DNA from: a virus
Virus record (IMG/VR): IMGVR_UViG_3300027983_001201
Coordinates: 3,194 to 67,193 of that record
Direction: 5' to 3' (one strand)
DNA: 64,000 nt
In this document: piece after piece, positions 28,661-38,782 of the stretch
How positions within the stretch are numbered: the first letter of the stretch is position 1
Layout: the number at the start of each line of letters is the position of its first letter
Translations under genes and position numbers: made by a program
The notes under the pieces: generated by a model
What the model saw: only the letters and a program-made list of their open reading frames with translations
Database searches by the model: none
What the model was told of the DNA's origin: nothing

Positions 28661-30457
28661 ATGGGTAGAAATGAGAAAATACAGATATTTGCAAAGTGTT
28701 TAGGTGATCCAATCTACGCTATTGAAACATTTTTGAAAACCTATGATTTAACTCAGAAAGGGTTTGTACCGTTTAATTTATTTCATAAACAAAAACTAAT
28801 AATTAAATCCTACGAAGAAAATAATCGTAATATAGTAACTAAACCAAGACAGGCTGGTGTATCCACTACAACTGCAGCCTATATAGCGATAAAGATTGCT
28901 TTTTGTGACCCTAATAACCCATGGAAAGTTCTGGTATTAGCTAATAAACAAACATTAGCTCAAGAATTCCTTAAAAAAATTAAAGATTTTACTGATCAAA
29001 TACCTGAATGGGTATGGGGAATTGAGGAGGGTACTTCTTATTTAGATATTGAAGCTAAGGGACATATAAAAACTAAAACCACTAAATGTGAAGTCAAAGC
29101 CTTAGCGACATCGAAAGATGCACTAAGGGGATATACACCTACATTCTTAGTGATGGATGAGGCGGCGTTTATAGATAACGGTGCAGAGGTATTTGGTGCA
29201 GCTTTAACTTCTTTGGGTACAGGTGGTAAGGTTACATTGATATCCACACCTAACGGTCAAGATGCGTTATATTATAAAACATATGATGGCGCTAAAAAAG
29301 GTGACAATAATTTTAATATTATTGAGATGAGGTGGCATGAGGATATTAGATATAATAGGAATTTAAGGTGGTTAAGAGGTGAAGAAGAAGTAATTGTGTG
29401 TGAGACTATTGGTAGAGAAAAGTTAAGGTGGGAATATAGTGGTAAAACATATGAAACAGATAGTACCCACATTGAAGATTATAATGTGATGGTTGATGAT
29501 GGTTGGAAAGCTTCTTCTCATTGGTATGAGGAAATGTGTCGAGATATGAACGGTAACAAGAAACAAATTGCACAAGAATTGGACGTTTCATTTGTTTCTT
29601 CAGGTGGTAACGTAATTGATGCTGAACATATAGACTATCAAGTCAACAACAATGTTATGGAACCCAAATATAAGGCTGAAATGGAGAAATCTATGTGGAT
29701 ATGGAAAGAACCGGAGGAGGGTCATAAATATATTATGGGTGTTGACGTTTCTAGGGGTGATGGTGAAGATAGTTCCACTATAGTGATATTAGACTTTGAT
29801 GGGTTGGAACAGGTGGCTGAATTCGTTTATAAACTACCACCAGATTTATTAGCAGAAATTGTGTTTAAATACGGTAATTTATATCAAGCTTATACTGTGG
29901 TAGATATTACTGGTGGTATGGGTGTATCTACTGTTATGAAGTTAATAGAAATGGGTTATAAACATCTTCATCAAGATGACCCTAAGAATAGAAAATTAAG
30001 TGATAAGTACGCAAAAAGTGTGTATAAACAAGTGGATAAGGTACCAGGGTTTAACGTTGGTAGTAGTAGATTACAAATGATTAGTGATTTAGAAGAACAT
30101 ATTAGAGAAAATAAAACTATAATAAGGTCAGTTAGATTAATTTCTGAATTAAAAACCTTTGTTTATAGAAATGGTAGACCAGATCATATGCCTACATTCC
30201 ATGATGATATAATTATGGCTTTAGCAATGCCGTTATTTGTTGTACAAACAACATTTAAAAAATTAGCAACAATAGAAAAACAAACAAAGGCGATGTTAGA
30301 TGGTTGGGTTAGTACATCCTCCCCTGATGAGGTGAGTAAAATTAATAAAAACTATGTTAACCCATTTTATAGTAATACCCCCACTTATGAACCCGTACAC
30401 CCTAATAATAGTGGTAATGATAATGGACAATATAACTGGTTATTCGGTATAAAATAA
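28661..30457 (+). CDS. Terminase large subunit (T4 gp17-like)
   Basis: KPRQAGVST, LVMDEAAF, STPNG, MGVDVSRG, HDDIIMALA. Confidence 0.93.
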   Translation: MGRNEKIQIFAKCLGDPIYAIETFLKTYDLTQKGFVPFNLFHKQKLIIKSYEENNRNIVTKPRQAGVSTTTAAYIAIKIAFCDPNNPWKVLVLANKQTLAQEFLKKIKDFTDQIPEWVWGIEEGTSYLDIEAKGHIKTKTTKCEVKALATSKDALRGYTPTFLVMDEAAFIDNGAEVFGAALTSLGTGGKVTLISTPNGQDALYYKTYDGAKKGDNNFNIIEMRWHEDIRYNRNLRWLRGEEEVIVCETIGREKLRWEYSGKTYETDSTHIEDYNVMVDDGWKASSHWYEEMCRDMNGNKKQIAQELDVSFVSSGGNVIDAEHIDYQVNNNVMEPKYKAEMEKSMWIWKEPEEGHKYIMGVDVSRGDGEDSSTIVILDFDGLEQVAEFVYKLPPDLLAEIVFKYGNLYQAYTVVDITGGMGVSTVMKLIEMGYKHLHQDDPKNRKLSDKYAKSVYKQVDKVPGFNVGSSRLQMISDLEEHIRENKTIIRSVRLISELKTFVYRNGRPDHMPTFHDDIIMALAMPLFVVQTTFKKLATIEKQTKAMLDGWVSTSSPDEVSKINKNYVNPFYSNTPTYEPVHPNNSGNDNGQYNWLFGIK

Positions 30458-30511
30458 ACATTTAATATTTTTTGATATTTATTATTATAAAATAAACATT
30501 ATATTTATAAA

Positions 30512-32428
30512 ATGGCAAGAAAAACAATATTCCAGCAGTTAAATTCCTTATTTGGACCAGAGGTAAATAAACCCCAAAATAAGTCTAAGTATTCTTTGGG
30601 GGATAAAGAGTTACTAAAAACTAAATCCAAAGAAGAGTATGACTATGAAAAGTTAAAACTACAACAAGATAAATACTTATCTGGGATGTGGCAGAAAGTT
30701 GATAATGAAATTTACCAACATTCAATATATTATGAAACAACAAGATTAGCTTCTTATGCGGATTTTGAGGGTATGGAATTTTTCCCTGAAATCGCAGCAG
30801 CTTTAGATATCATGATGGAGGAAACCACAACTTTAAATCCTAATAATAAAGTCATAAACATATTTTCTGAAAGTAAAAGAGTGAGAAGGATATTAGAAGA
30901 TTTATTTTTCAATAGATTAGACATCCACACTTCATTACCTATGTGGACAAGAAACACTTGTAAATATGGTGATAATTTCTTATTTTTAAATATTGATGTT
31001 GATGAGGGTATTACAGGCGTTAAACAATTACCTAATATAGAAATCAGTAGAAAAGATAGTGATGGGTTTGGTGTGAACTCTGTAAACGCAGAAGAAGACA
31101 AAATTAGCCCCGTTAAGTTTGTATGGGGACAAAGAGATATAGAATTTAATTCGTGGCAAATTGCACATTTTAGGTTATTAGGTGATGATAGAAGATTACC
31201 TTATGGTACATCTATGTTAGAAAAAGCTAGACGTATTTGGAAACAATTATTACTATCTGAAGATGCGATGTTAATATATAGGGTAACTAGAGCCCCTGAA
31301 AGAAGGATATTTAAAATATTCGTTGGTAATATTGATGAAGCAGATGTACCATCTTATGTACAAAAGATAGCGAACAATTTTAAAAAGAGTCCTGTTATTG
31401 ATCAAGATACGGGACAAATAGATACTAGGTACAACCAGATGGCTCAGGATCAAGATTATTTTATCCCTGTTAGAGATCCAAACGCACCAAGTCCTATAGA
31501 TACGTTACCAGGGGCGACTAACCTTTCAGAGATTGCAGATATTCAATACCTACAAAAGAAATTGTTCACCGCATTAAGAGTACCTAAACCATTTTTAGGG
31601 TTTGAGGAGACTACTGGTGATGGTAAAAATTTAGCATTACAGGATATTCGTTTTGCTAGAACTATTAATAGGATACAACAATCTATGTTGCAAGAGTTAA
31701 ATAAAATAGCAATTATACATCTTTATATTTTAGGGTTAGAAGATGAGTTAGAAAATTTCACATTAACTTTAAATAACCCATCTACACAAGCTGAGATGTT
31801 AAAGATTGAACAAACACAGTTAAAAGTTACACTATATAAAGATGCAGTTTCTGATGCGGGTAATGGGTTTGGTTCTATGTCTATGACTAGAGCAAGAAAA
31901 GAAATCTTAGGAATGTCAGATGAAGACATAAGAAGTGATTTAGAACAACAAAGACTTGAAAAGGCTGCAGCAGCTGAAATGGAACAAACTTCTAATATAA
32001 TTAAGAAAACAGGGTTGTTTGATAGAGTTGATAAATTGTATGGTGATTTCGATACATTGGTTTCTGGTGGTATAACAGATGAAGGTGGGGTAGAAGGTGA
32101 TTCTGCTGATTCTGCTGATACTGGTGGATTTGGTGCTGACATAGAGAGTGCTGCTGATTCATTGGCTGGTGGTGAAGCTACCGCTGCTGAAACAGCATCT
32201 GCAGTGGAGTCTACAGAAAAGAAAGATAACCTTATATTAGAACAAAATAGAAGACAGTTCGAGGAGAAAACCAAAAGATATCAAGGTATTTACTTAAAAA
32301 GACTTACAGAAAGTTTAGAAAAAGATGAACACATTTATGATTTAGATTCTGTAGAAAAAAACAGCGATAAGTTAAATCATAACATAGAAGAAATGACAAA
32401 AGAAATTGAAAAAATTATAAAGGTTTAA
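30512..32428 (+). CDS. Portal protein (T4 gp20-like)
   Basis: EDAMLIYRVTRAPERRIF, DYFIPVR, IDTLPG, LFTALRVP. Confidence 0.95.
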   Translation: MARKTIFQQLNSLFGPEVNKPQNKSKYSLGDKELLKTKSKEEYDYEKLKLQQDKYLSGMWQKVDNEIYQHSIYYETTRLASYADFEGMEFFPEIAAALDIMMEETTTLNPNNKVINIFSESKRVRRILEDLFFNRLDIHTSLPMWTRNTCKYGDNFLFLNIDVDEGITGVKQLPNIEISRKDSDGFGVNSVNAEEDKISPVKFVWGQRDIEFNSWQIAHFRLLGDDRRLPYGTSMLEKARRIWKQLLLSEDAMLIYRVTRAPERRIFKIFVGNIDEADVPSYVQKIANNFKKSPVIDQDTGQIDTRYNQMAQDQDYFIPVRDPNAPSPIDTLPGATNLSEIADIQYLQKKLFTALRVPKPFLGFEETTGDGKNLALQDIRFARTINRIQQSMLQELNKIAIIHLYILGLEDELENFTLTLNNPSTQAEMLKIEQTQLKVTLYKDAVSDAGNGFGSMSMTRARKEILGMSDEDIRSDLEQQRLEKAAAAEMEQTSNIIKKTGLFDRVDKLYGDFDTLVSGGITDEGGVEGDSADSADTGGFGADIESAADSLAGGEATAAETASAVESTEKKDNLILEQNRRQFEEKTKRYQGIYLKRLTESLEKDEHIYDLDSVEKNSDKLNHNIEEMTKEIEKIIKV

Positions 32429-32466
32429 TTTTTTTAATAAAACTTAATATTTATATATAAAAAAGT

Positions 32467-33243
32467 ATGGAAAATTTTGGTAATATAAAAGACACATTTA
32501 AAAATATTGTTATTGAATCTGTTTTAAGAAAAGATGAGGAGGGTAAAAAGTTATTTTCTAAATTTATAAAGACATTAAAAGAGAATAAAACTTTAGGTGA
32601 TCAGTACTTAATTTATAAAAATTTACAAACTAAGAAGTTTGATGATCCGTCTGATGCTAAAGATTATATTAAAGAAAATATTTCTTTATTAAAAGATTTA
32701 AACGAATCTCAGTTAAAAGAGGGTAATACCTATTTTTTAAAACTATTAAAGGGTAATAAAATTATAAAAGAAAACGATTCTTTTTATAGTGACATTTCAT
32801 TTTTATCTAACACAAAGAAAACACTATCTAACATTGATAAAATTAATGAGTCAACGAATAACATTACTAGGTTAATGTTAGAAAAAGAAAAAGAAGAAGA
32901 GGTAGAGGTAGTGAAAGAGAGTTTAGAATTACCACCTAGTATTTTAACTAAATTAGCTGTTAATAAATTCAATAGTAGATACTCAAATATCGATGAGTCA
33001 GAAAAAGAAATCATTAGAACAGTTTTAAATGGAACTGATGATGATAAAGAAACCATCTATAAGAAATTAAAAAGAGAGTGTATTGAAACTATTGATAAAA
33101 AATTAAATGAATCTTCAGATTTAGGGTTAAAAGATAAGTTACTGAGGGTTAAAGATAAACTTCTAAATATGGAATACAATAAAGAGGATTCTGTTAACAA
33201 AATAACTACTATATACGAACTTAAAGAATCAATTAAAAATTAA
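32467..33243 (+). CDS. Head-module helical protein
   Basis: Position between portal and protease; several LxE sites. Confidence 0.7.
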   Translation: MENFGNIKDTFKNIVIESVLRKDEEGKKLFSKFIKTLKENKTLGDQYLIYKNLQTKKFDDPSDAKDYIKENISLLKDLNESQLKEGNTYFLKLLKGNKIIKENDSFYSDISFLSNTKKTLSNIDKINESTNNITRLMLEKEKEEEVEVVKESLELPPSILTKLAVNKFNSRYSNIDESEKEIIRTVLNGTDDDKETIYKKLKRECIETIDKKLNESSDLGLKDKLLRVKDKLLNMEYNKEDSVNKITTIYELKESIKN

Positions 33244-33250
33244 TCATATG

Positions 33251-33277
33251 AAAAAACTCACTTATGTGGGTTTTTTT
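33251..33277 (+). terminator. Intrinsic terminator
   Basis: AAAAAACTCAC-ttat-GTGGGTTTTTTT. Confidence 0.7.
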
Positions 33278-33348
33278 ATGCATTGACTTTTGGGTTTATA
33301 TTCACTATATTTATACTTCAGTAATAATATAAAAATAAATAGACATGA

Positions 33349-33786
33349 ATGAAGGTTGGAAAAGAAATCAAACTAAATATATTAAACAATTATAAAACTA
33401 AAATAGGAACTGTTAATAATAAAGAATCTAAAAGTCTATACATTAACCTTAGTGCTTGGGGTGAGATAACCAACATAGATGAAGATACCAACTACGAATC
33501 AGTATTAAGGTGTCTAAGGAAAAAAATCAAACAAAACCTTAATGATAATTTAAATGAAGACATTTTTTATAAAACTAAATATATAGTTGATTTAGATATG
33601 AGGTCTTCTGGGTTTATACAAACAAAAAGAAGCTTTATGTCTTGTGAAATCACACTATACCAAAAGAAGTATTTACCGATAAACCAACCATTCTTATTGG
33701 AGGAATCAAAAAAGTTAATTCACGATGTGGTGGATAATTGTTTAGATAATAATAATTATTTTACTTTTTATAAAACTAAAAAATAG
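33349..33786 (+). CDS. Hypothetical protein
   Basis: ORF; TTGACT-N17-TATATT at 33283-33311 upstream. Confidence 0.75.
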   Translation: MKVGKEIKLNILNNYKTKIGTVNNKESKSLYINLSAWGEITNIDEDTNYESVLRCLRKKIKQNLNDNLNEDIFYKTKYIVDLDMRSSGFIQTKRSFMSCEITLYQKKYLPINQPFLLEESKKLIHDVVDNCLDNNNYFTFYKTKK

Positions 33787-33832
33787 AGTTTTTATTGTAA
33801 TGATATATTTATAATTAAAGTATATCATCATT

Positions 33833-34522
33833 ATGGAAATAATTAGAAAAAACGAAATAAATAAAAAGGGTATCCTAATCGAATATGATTCAGGATATAT
33901 CTCACCAAAGGACAATAGAAACTTTGTTAATGAAGTTAACAAACTATCACAGGGACAACAAATTGTGAGTGATCCCTTAATTGTCTACGCAGTGATGCAA
34001 AAATATGGTGTAGAAAATAAAAACGAAAGAGTTTACCCTGAATCTATTCTTAGAAAAGAAGCTGAAAATTATCTTAAACTTATTAAAGAGAAACGAGCGA
34101 TGGGTGAAGCTGATCATCCAGAAAGTTCTATAGTGTCTGTAAGTAGAATATCTCATAATGTTGTTGACCTATGGTGGGAAGGTAACGTATTAATGGGTAA
34201 GTTAGAAATCATTATGTCACCAGGGTTTGTTAATCAAGGTATCATTTCTTGTGAAGGTGATAGAGTTGCCAATTATATTAGACAAGGTCTTAAGATTGGT
34301 GTATCATCTAGGGGTGTTGGTTCTTTAGAAAAAGAGAACGGTAAGAATATTGTACAAGATGATTATGAATTAATCTGTTGGGATATTGTAACATCACCGT
34401 CTACTCCCGGTTCATGGATTTACAATGAAGAACCATCTAGAGAACAACAAATGTCAGAGTCTAATAAAAAGAAAGATGATTTATTATTAAATGATTCTTT
34501 AAATAATTTCCTATTAGATTAA
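33833..34522 (+). CDS. Prohead core protease (T4 gp21-like)
   Basis: NKNERVYP, GEADHP, ISH, IGVSSRGVGS, DIVTSPSTPG. Confidence 0.95.
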   Translation: MEIIRKNEINKKGILIEYDSGYISPKDNRNFVNEVNKLSQGQQIVSDPLIVYAVMQKYGVENKNERVYPESILRKEAENYLKLIKEKRAMGEADHPESSIVSVSRISHNVVDLWWEGNVLMGKLEIIMSPGFVNQGIISCEGDRVANYIRQGLKIGVSSRGVGSLEKENGKNIVQDDYELICWDIVTSPSTPGSWIYNEEPSREQQMSESNKKKDDLLLNDSLNNFLLD

Positions 34523-34562
34523 AAAAAAACAATCAAAAGTAAGTGTTTTATGTTTTATTGCA

Positions 34563-34569
34563 TATTTAT
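34563..34569 (+). promoter_or_regulatory. Putative late promoter TATTTAT (representative of ~19 sites)
   Basis: Recurs upstream of portal, protease, scaffold and most leader-bearing genes. Confidence 0.6.
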
Positions 34570-34631
34570 TAGAAACCGCGTGTAATGCGCGCTTAATAAC
34601 AATAATAATAAATTATAAAAAATTAATTAAA

Positions 34632-36002
34632 ATGGCTGAGAAAAAAAAATCAATCATCGAAGAGGCTTTACTAGATGCAAAGACTTTAGAGGATGCCTTA
34701 AAAGCCAACACGAAAGAAATGCTTTCGGCACACATGTCGAGAGAAATTGAGAGTATCGTAGAGTCGTCTTTAAAAGAACAATTGGAAGATGAAGAAACTG
34801 AAGAAGTTATCGATACAGATGAAAAAGGATCCGCAGATGAAATGGAAGACGTTGAGTTAAATCTTGACAATGAAGATGATGTAGAGTTAGGTATGGAAGT
34901 TATGGAATTACCAGATGATGGTGAAGAAGTTGATGACATTGAATTAGACCTTGACACTGATCTAGATTTAGATTTAGATTTAGATGGTGAAGGTGATGAC
35001 GAACTCGAATTAGATCTTGAACCTATGGAAATGGAATTAGGTATTGGTGACGATGTATTAGATATGACAATGGCTTCAGATGATGAAGTTGTTACAGTAT
35101 TTAAGAAATTGGGTCCAGACGATGAAGTTGAAGTAGTTAAAGATTCAGATGGAATTCATTTGACAGATAATGAAACGGGTGCAGAGTATTTGATTAGGGA
35201 AGCTTTGGAAGAAATGGATGACGATGGTATGACTGAAGGTTGTAATGACCTTGATGAAGATTGTGGTGGTGACATTGACGAAGAAGTGATGTACGAAATC
35301 GAAATGGATGACGATGAAAATCTTGAAGAAATGTGGGGTAGTAAATCTCATGAATTTAAAAGAGAACATGGTCAACGAAGAGGTGATGAAAGAAGAGATG
35401 GTAGTAAAATAGGTGATGTCGCTGGACATTACAAAGATTATGAAAGTCCTTTTAATATGTCAGATGATGAAGAATCTTTGGAAGAAGATCATACATTGGC
35501 TAGAACTAAAGGTTACCAAAGAAAAGGTGGACATAGAAATAGACAAACTTCAGAATCTAGAATTCCACGTAAACCACTTAGTCGTAAACCAAAAACTAAT
35601 ACTGTTGCGGAATCAAAAATGAAAAAAGAATATGAAGAGTTAAAAAGTAAAAACAACGAATACAAAAAAGCTCTTATCATATTTAAAGACAAACTCAATG
35701 AAGTTGCGTTATTCAACACTAATTTAGCTTATGTAAATAGGTTATTCACTGAACACTCTACAACCAAAAAAGAAAAAATGGAAATTCTTAAGAGGTTTGA
35801 TGGTACTGAATCAGTGAATGAATCTAAATCTACTTATAAAGTAATTAAGTCTGAATTAGAAAGAAAGTCACCAATTAGCGAGTCTGTTGAAAATAAAGTT
35901 AACAAAACAGTTAAATCTTCGAAGTCTGATTTAAATGAGTCTACTGCTTATGTAGATCCACAAATTATGGCAATCAAAGATTTAATGAAAAGAATATCAT
36001 AA
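34632..36002 (+). CDS. Prohead scaffold/core protein (gp22-like)
   Basis: Very acidic, C-terminal coiled coil LNEVALFNTNL, position between protease and capsid. Confidence 0.8.
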   Translation: MAEKKKSIIEEALLDAKTLEDALKANTKEMLSAHMSREIESIVESSLKEQLEDEETEEVIDTDEKGSADEMEDVELNLDNEDDVELGMEVMELPDDGEEVDDIELDLDTDLDLDLDLDGEGDDELELDLEPMEMELGIGDDVLDMTMASDDEVVTVFKKLGPDDEVEVVKDSDGIHLTDNETGAEYLIREALEEMDDDGMTEGCNDLDEDCGGDIDEEVMYEIEMDDDENLEEMWGSKSHEFKREHGQRRGDERRDGSKIGDVAGHYKDYESPFNMSDDEESLEEDHTLARTKGYQRKGGHRNRQTSESRIPRKPLSRKPKTNTVAESKMKKEYEELKSKNNEYKKALIIFKDKLNEVALFNTNLAYVNRLFTEHSTTKKEKMEILKRFDGTESVNESKSTYKVIKSELERKSPISESVENKVNKTVKSSKSDLNESTAYVDPQIMAIKDLMKRIS

Positions 36003-36036
36003 TAATAATAATAAAAAATTAAAACTCAAAAATAAA

Positions 36037-37788
36037 ATGGGACATTTATTAAACTCAGGAGAAGTCGGAAATATAGGACTTGAACACCTGAAACAAATAA
36101 GAACTAAAACTATTTCTAAGTGGGACCAAATCGGTTTCTTAGAAGGTTTAAAAGGACACGTAAGAGAGAACATTGCTCAGTTATATGAAAACCAAGCATC
36201 AGCTCTTTTAAACGAATCAACAGGTGCAGGGTCATCTGGATCATTTGAGACTGTCGTCTTTCCAATCGTAAGACGTGTATTCTCTAAATTATTGGCCAAT
36301 GATATCGTATCGGTACAAGCGATGAACATGCCAATTGGAAAATTATTCTTCTTCGTACCGAAGACATCAACTACACAAGTTGCTTTAAACGGATCAAATG
36401 GTGCTGGAAACGGTGCTTTACCTGAATGTGTTATTTCTGCTTGTACTGACTCACCTACAGCTTTCATGACTAAATCACTTTATGATTTATTCTATAATGA
36501 TGGTTTGTATGATGCGTCTAAAGGTAAGATGACAATTTCAACTACGAGTGGTTACTACGGTGTAGTAATTAACGCTGCTGGTGATAACGTTCCTACGGCA
36601 TTGGCTTTACAACCTTTGGCGGCTGACAGTTCTTTTAGAAGTGTTAAAATGTGTATCACAGGATTCTCTTCTACTAATGCTGGTAGATTAACTGGTCCAG
36701 ATGGTAATGAAATGGATACTGAGACTTTCTTAGCTTCATTGAATGTAGTTTCTGCAATTGCAATTAATGATAATGATGGTAAAGTTATTGTCGCTGCTGG
36801 TGGTACTGTACCATTTAGATTAGTTGCACAAGTATATGGAAAAGGTATTGTTAATTATAACAATATCTGTACACCTGATGGTTGTTTATTAATTGAATTA
36901 GATCTTACACATCCTGCATGTATCGATTGTGCTTCAGCTAACCTTGATGGTTACGTAGGTGCATCTTCAGCTTCAACATTCCCATTAACTGGACTTACAG
37001 TTGCTTGGAGAACATACGCATCTTTAGAATTCGCAACTGAAATGGGTGAGGTATCATTCGAACTTGATGAGGTTGTTGTTTCTGTTACAGAAAGAAAACT
37101 AAGAGCTACTTGGTCTCCTGAATTAGCACAAGATGTTAGTGCATTCCACAACATAGATGCTGAAGCTGAATTAACAGCTTTATTATCTGAACAAGTTGCG
37201 GCTGAAATCGATAGAGAGATCTTGAGAGATTTGAGAACTGGTGGAGCTTGGTCAACTAGATGGGATTACAACGGATGGAAAAGAACGTCTGGCGGAGGTT
37301 TCAACGCTTACACTCAAAAAGAGTGGAATCAAACGTTGATTACTAAAGTTAATCAGATTTCTGCACAAATTCATAAAGCAACTCTAAGAGGTGGAGCAAA
37401 CTTCGTAGTAGTATCTTCTGAGATATCAGCAATTTTTGATGACTTAGAGTACTTCCACGTATCTAACGCTAACCCAGAGCAAGATCAATACAATATGGGT
37501 ATTGAGAAAGTAGGTTCATTAGGTGGACGATATACTGTATATCGTGATCCATACGCACCAGCTAACTCAATCATCATTGGACATAAAGGTAAGTCTTTAT
37601 TGGACACAGGGTACATTTATGCACCTTACGTACCATTACAACTTACTCCAACGTTGCAAAATCCATTCAATTTTGCACCAACTAAGGGTATTATGACAAG
37701 ATACGCAAAAAAAATGGTGAACAACCGCTTCTACGGTACGATTACTGTTGATGGTGTTGTTACATTTGACATCAATGAATTAAGATAG
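36037..37788 (+). CDS. Major capsid protein (T4 gp23-like)
   Basis: LANDIVSVQAMNMPIG, RKLRATWSPELAQD, AEIDREIL, YAPYVPL, GIMTRY. Confidence 0.96.
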   Translation: MGHLLNSGEVGNIGLEHLKQIRTKTISKWDQIGFLEGLKGHVRENIAQLYENQASALLNESTGAGSSGSFETVVFPIVRRVFSKLLANDIVSVQAMNMPIGKLFFFVPKTSTTQVALNGSNGAGNGALPECVISACTDSPTAFMTKSLYDLFYNDGLYDASKGKMTISTTSGYYGVVINAAGDNVPTALALQPLAADSSFRSVKMCITGFSSTNAGRLTGPDGNEMDTETFLASLNVVSAIAINDNDGKVIVAAGGTVPFRLVAQVYGKGIVNYNNICTPDGCLLIELDLTHPACIDCASANLDGYVGASSASTFPLTGLTVAWRTYASLEFATEMGEVSFELDEVVVSVTERKLRATWSPELAQDVSAFHNIDAEAELTALLSEQVAAEIDREILRDLRTGGAWSTRWDYNGWKRTSGGGFNAYTQKEWNQTLITKVNQISAQIHKATLRGGANFVVVSSEISAIFDDLEYFHVSNANPEQDQYNMGIEKVGSLGGRYTVYRDPYAPANSIIIGHKGKSLLDTGYIYAPYVPLQLTPTLQNPFNFAPTKGIMTRYAKKMVNNRFYGTITVDGVVTFDINELR

Positions 37789-37804
37789 TCTTAATTTATA
37801 AGTT

Positions 37805-37843
37805 ATAAAAAAAAGGGTAGAAATAAATCTACCCTTTTTTTAT
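37805..37843 (+). terminator. Strong terminator after capsid gene
   Basis: AAAAAAAGGGTAGA-aataaa-TCTACCCTTTTTTT. Confidence 0.85.
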
Positions 37844-37920
37844 GCCTTTTATTTAATAATATATTATATGGTAACTTTTTATTAACATTACCGTATATTA
37901 ATAATAATAATAATAATAAT

Positions 37921-38592
37921 ATGGGAAGATTAGAATTAACAGACGGTGATATTAAAGAAATAATTAGGTTATATTCTGAAGAAGATAAAAGTACATTAGT
38001 TATCGGTGCGTTATACGATACTAGTAAAGTAACAATCAATAGATTACTTAAAAAACATGGTGTTGTACTACATAAACCTGGTCGTAGATGGGAAGGTGGT
38101 AAAAATGAAGCTTCAAAAAGATATACCAATAAAAATAAAGAAAGGTTATCTGAATACCACAAAGAATGGAGTAAGGTTAATAGGGAACACCTACAGTCAT
38201 ACCACCAACAGTGGAGAGATACTAATAGGGAACATGTAAATGAGAAAAAGAGAATCTACGAGAAAAATAAAAAAGATATTGACCCACACTATAGATTATC
38301 TTGTTACACCAGAACTGCAGTATATACCTGTTTAAAAGAAAACAACATATCCAAATATAGTAGTACCTTTGAACTACTACCATTTACATTAGAATCATTA
38401 ATTACCCATTTGGAGAAACAGTTCACCGAAGGTATGTGTTGGGATAATTATGGTGAGTGGCATTTAGATCACATTCTACCTATGAACTCATTTGATTTTG
38501 ATGAGGAAAATAGTTTTTCTGATTGTTGGTCGTTGGTGAATCTTCAACCACTATGGAGTTTCGATAATCTCACTAAAGGGTCTAAAGTATAA
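37921..38592 (+). CDS. Free-standing HNH homing-type endonuclease with N-terminal HTH
   Basis: WDNYGEWHLDHILP...NLQPLW..DNLTKG; TSKVTINRLL HTH. Confidence 0.85.
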   Translation: MGRLELTDGDIKEIIRLYSEEDKSTLVIGALYDTSKVTINRLLKKHGVVLHKPGRRWEGGKNEASKRYTNKNKERLSEYHKEWSKVNREHLQSYHQQWRDTNREHVNEKKRIYEKNKKDIDPHYRLSCYTRTAVYTCLKENNISKYSSTFELLPFTLESLITHLEKQFTEGMCWDNYGEWHLDHILPMNSFDFDEENSFSDCWSLVNLQPLWSFDNLTKGSKV

Positions 38593-38594
38593 AA

Positions 38595-38720
38595 ACATAT
38601 CATGACTTACTGAATGTGTGGTATGAGTCAATAGAAAAATATAATATAGTACCGTCAGATATTAGAATTGATAATATGGGGTTGAAGAATGGTCATCTAG
38701 CGATATTTGATATTAAATAG
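38595..38720 (+). pseudogene. Start-less C-terminal remnant of a protein-kinase-like gene
   Basis: TYHDLLNVWYESIEKYNIVPSDIRIDNMGLKNGHLAIFDIK*; DxxxxN catalytic loop plus hydrophobic-FD. Confidence 0.55.
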
Positions 38721-38782
38721 TAAGTTTTTTATTTCAGACTTTTTTTGTTTTATACGATATTTATTATTATATTAGTTAAAGT

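Noticed and set aside
28840-28870. Terminase Walker A lacks the GK lysine (KPRQAGVST)
   Set aside because: Deviant Walker A with an upstream Lys is known in large terminases; not a sign of inactivation
34940-35020. GATTTA-type repeats in the scaffold gene
   Set aside because: Encode an acidic DLDLDL linker; not a DNA-level element
37899-37920. (TAA)7 microsatellite before the HNH start
   Set aside because: Low-complexity A-rich leader also seen before other genes; no evidence of phase variation
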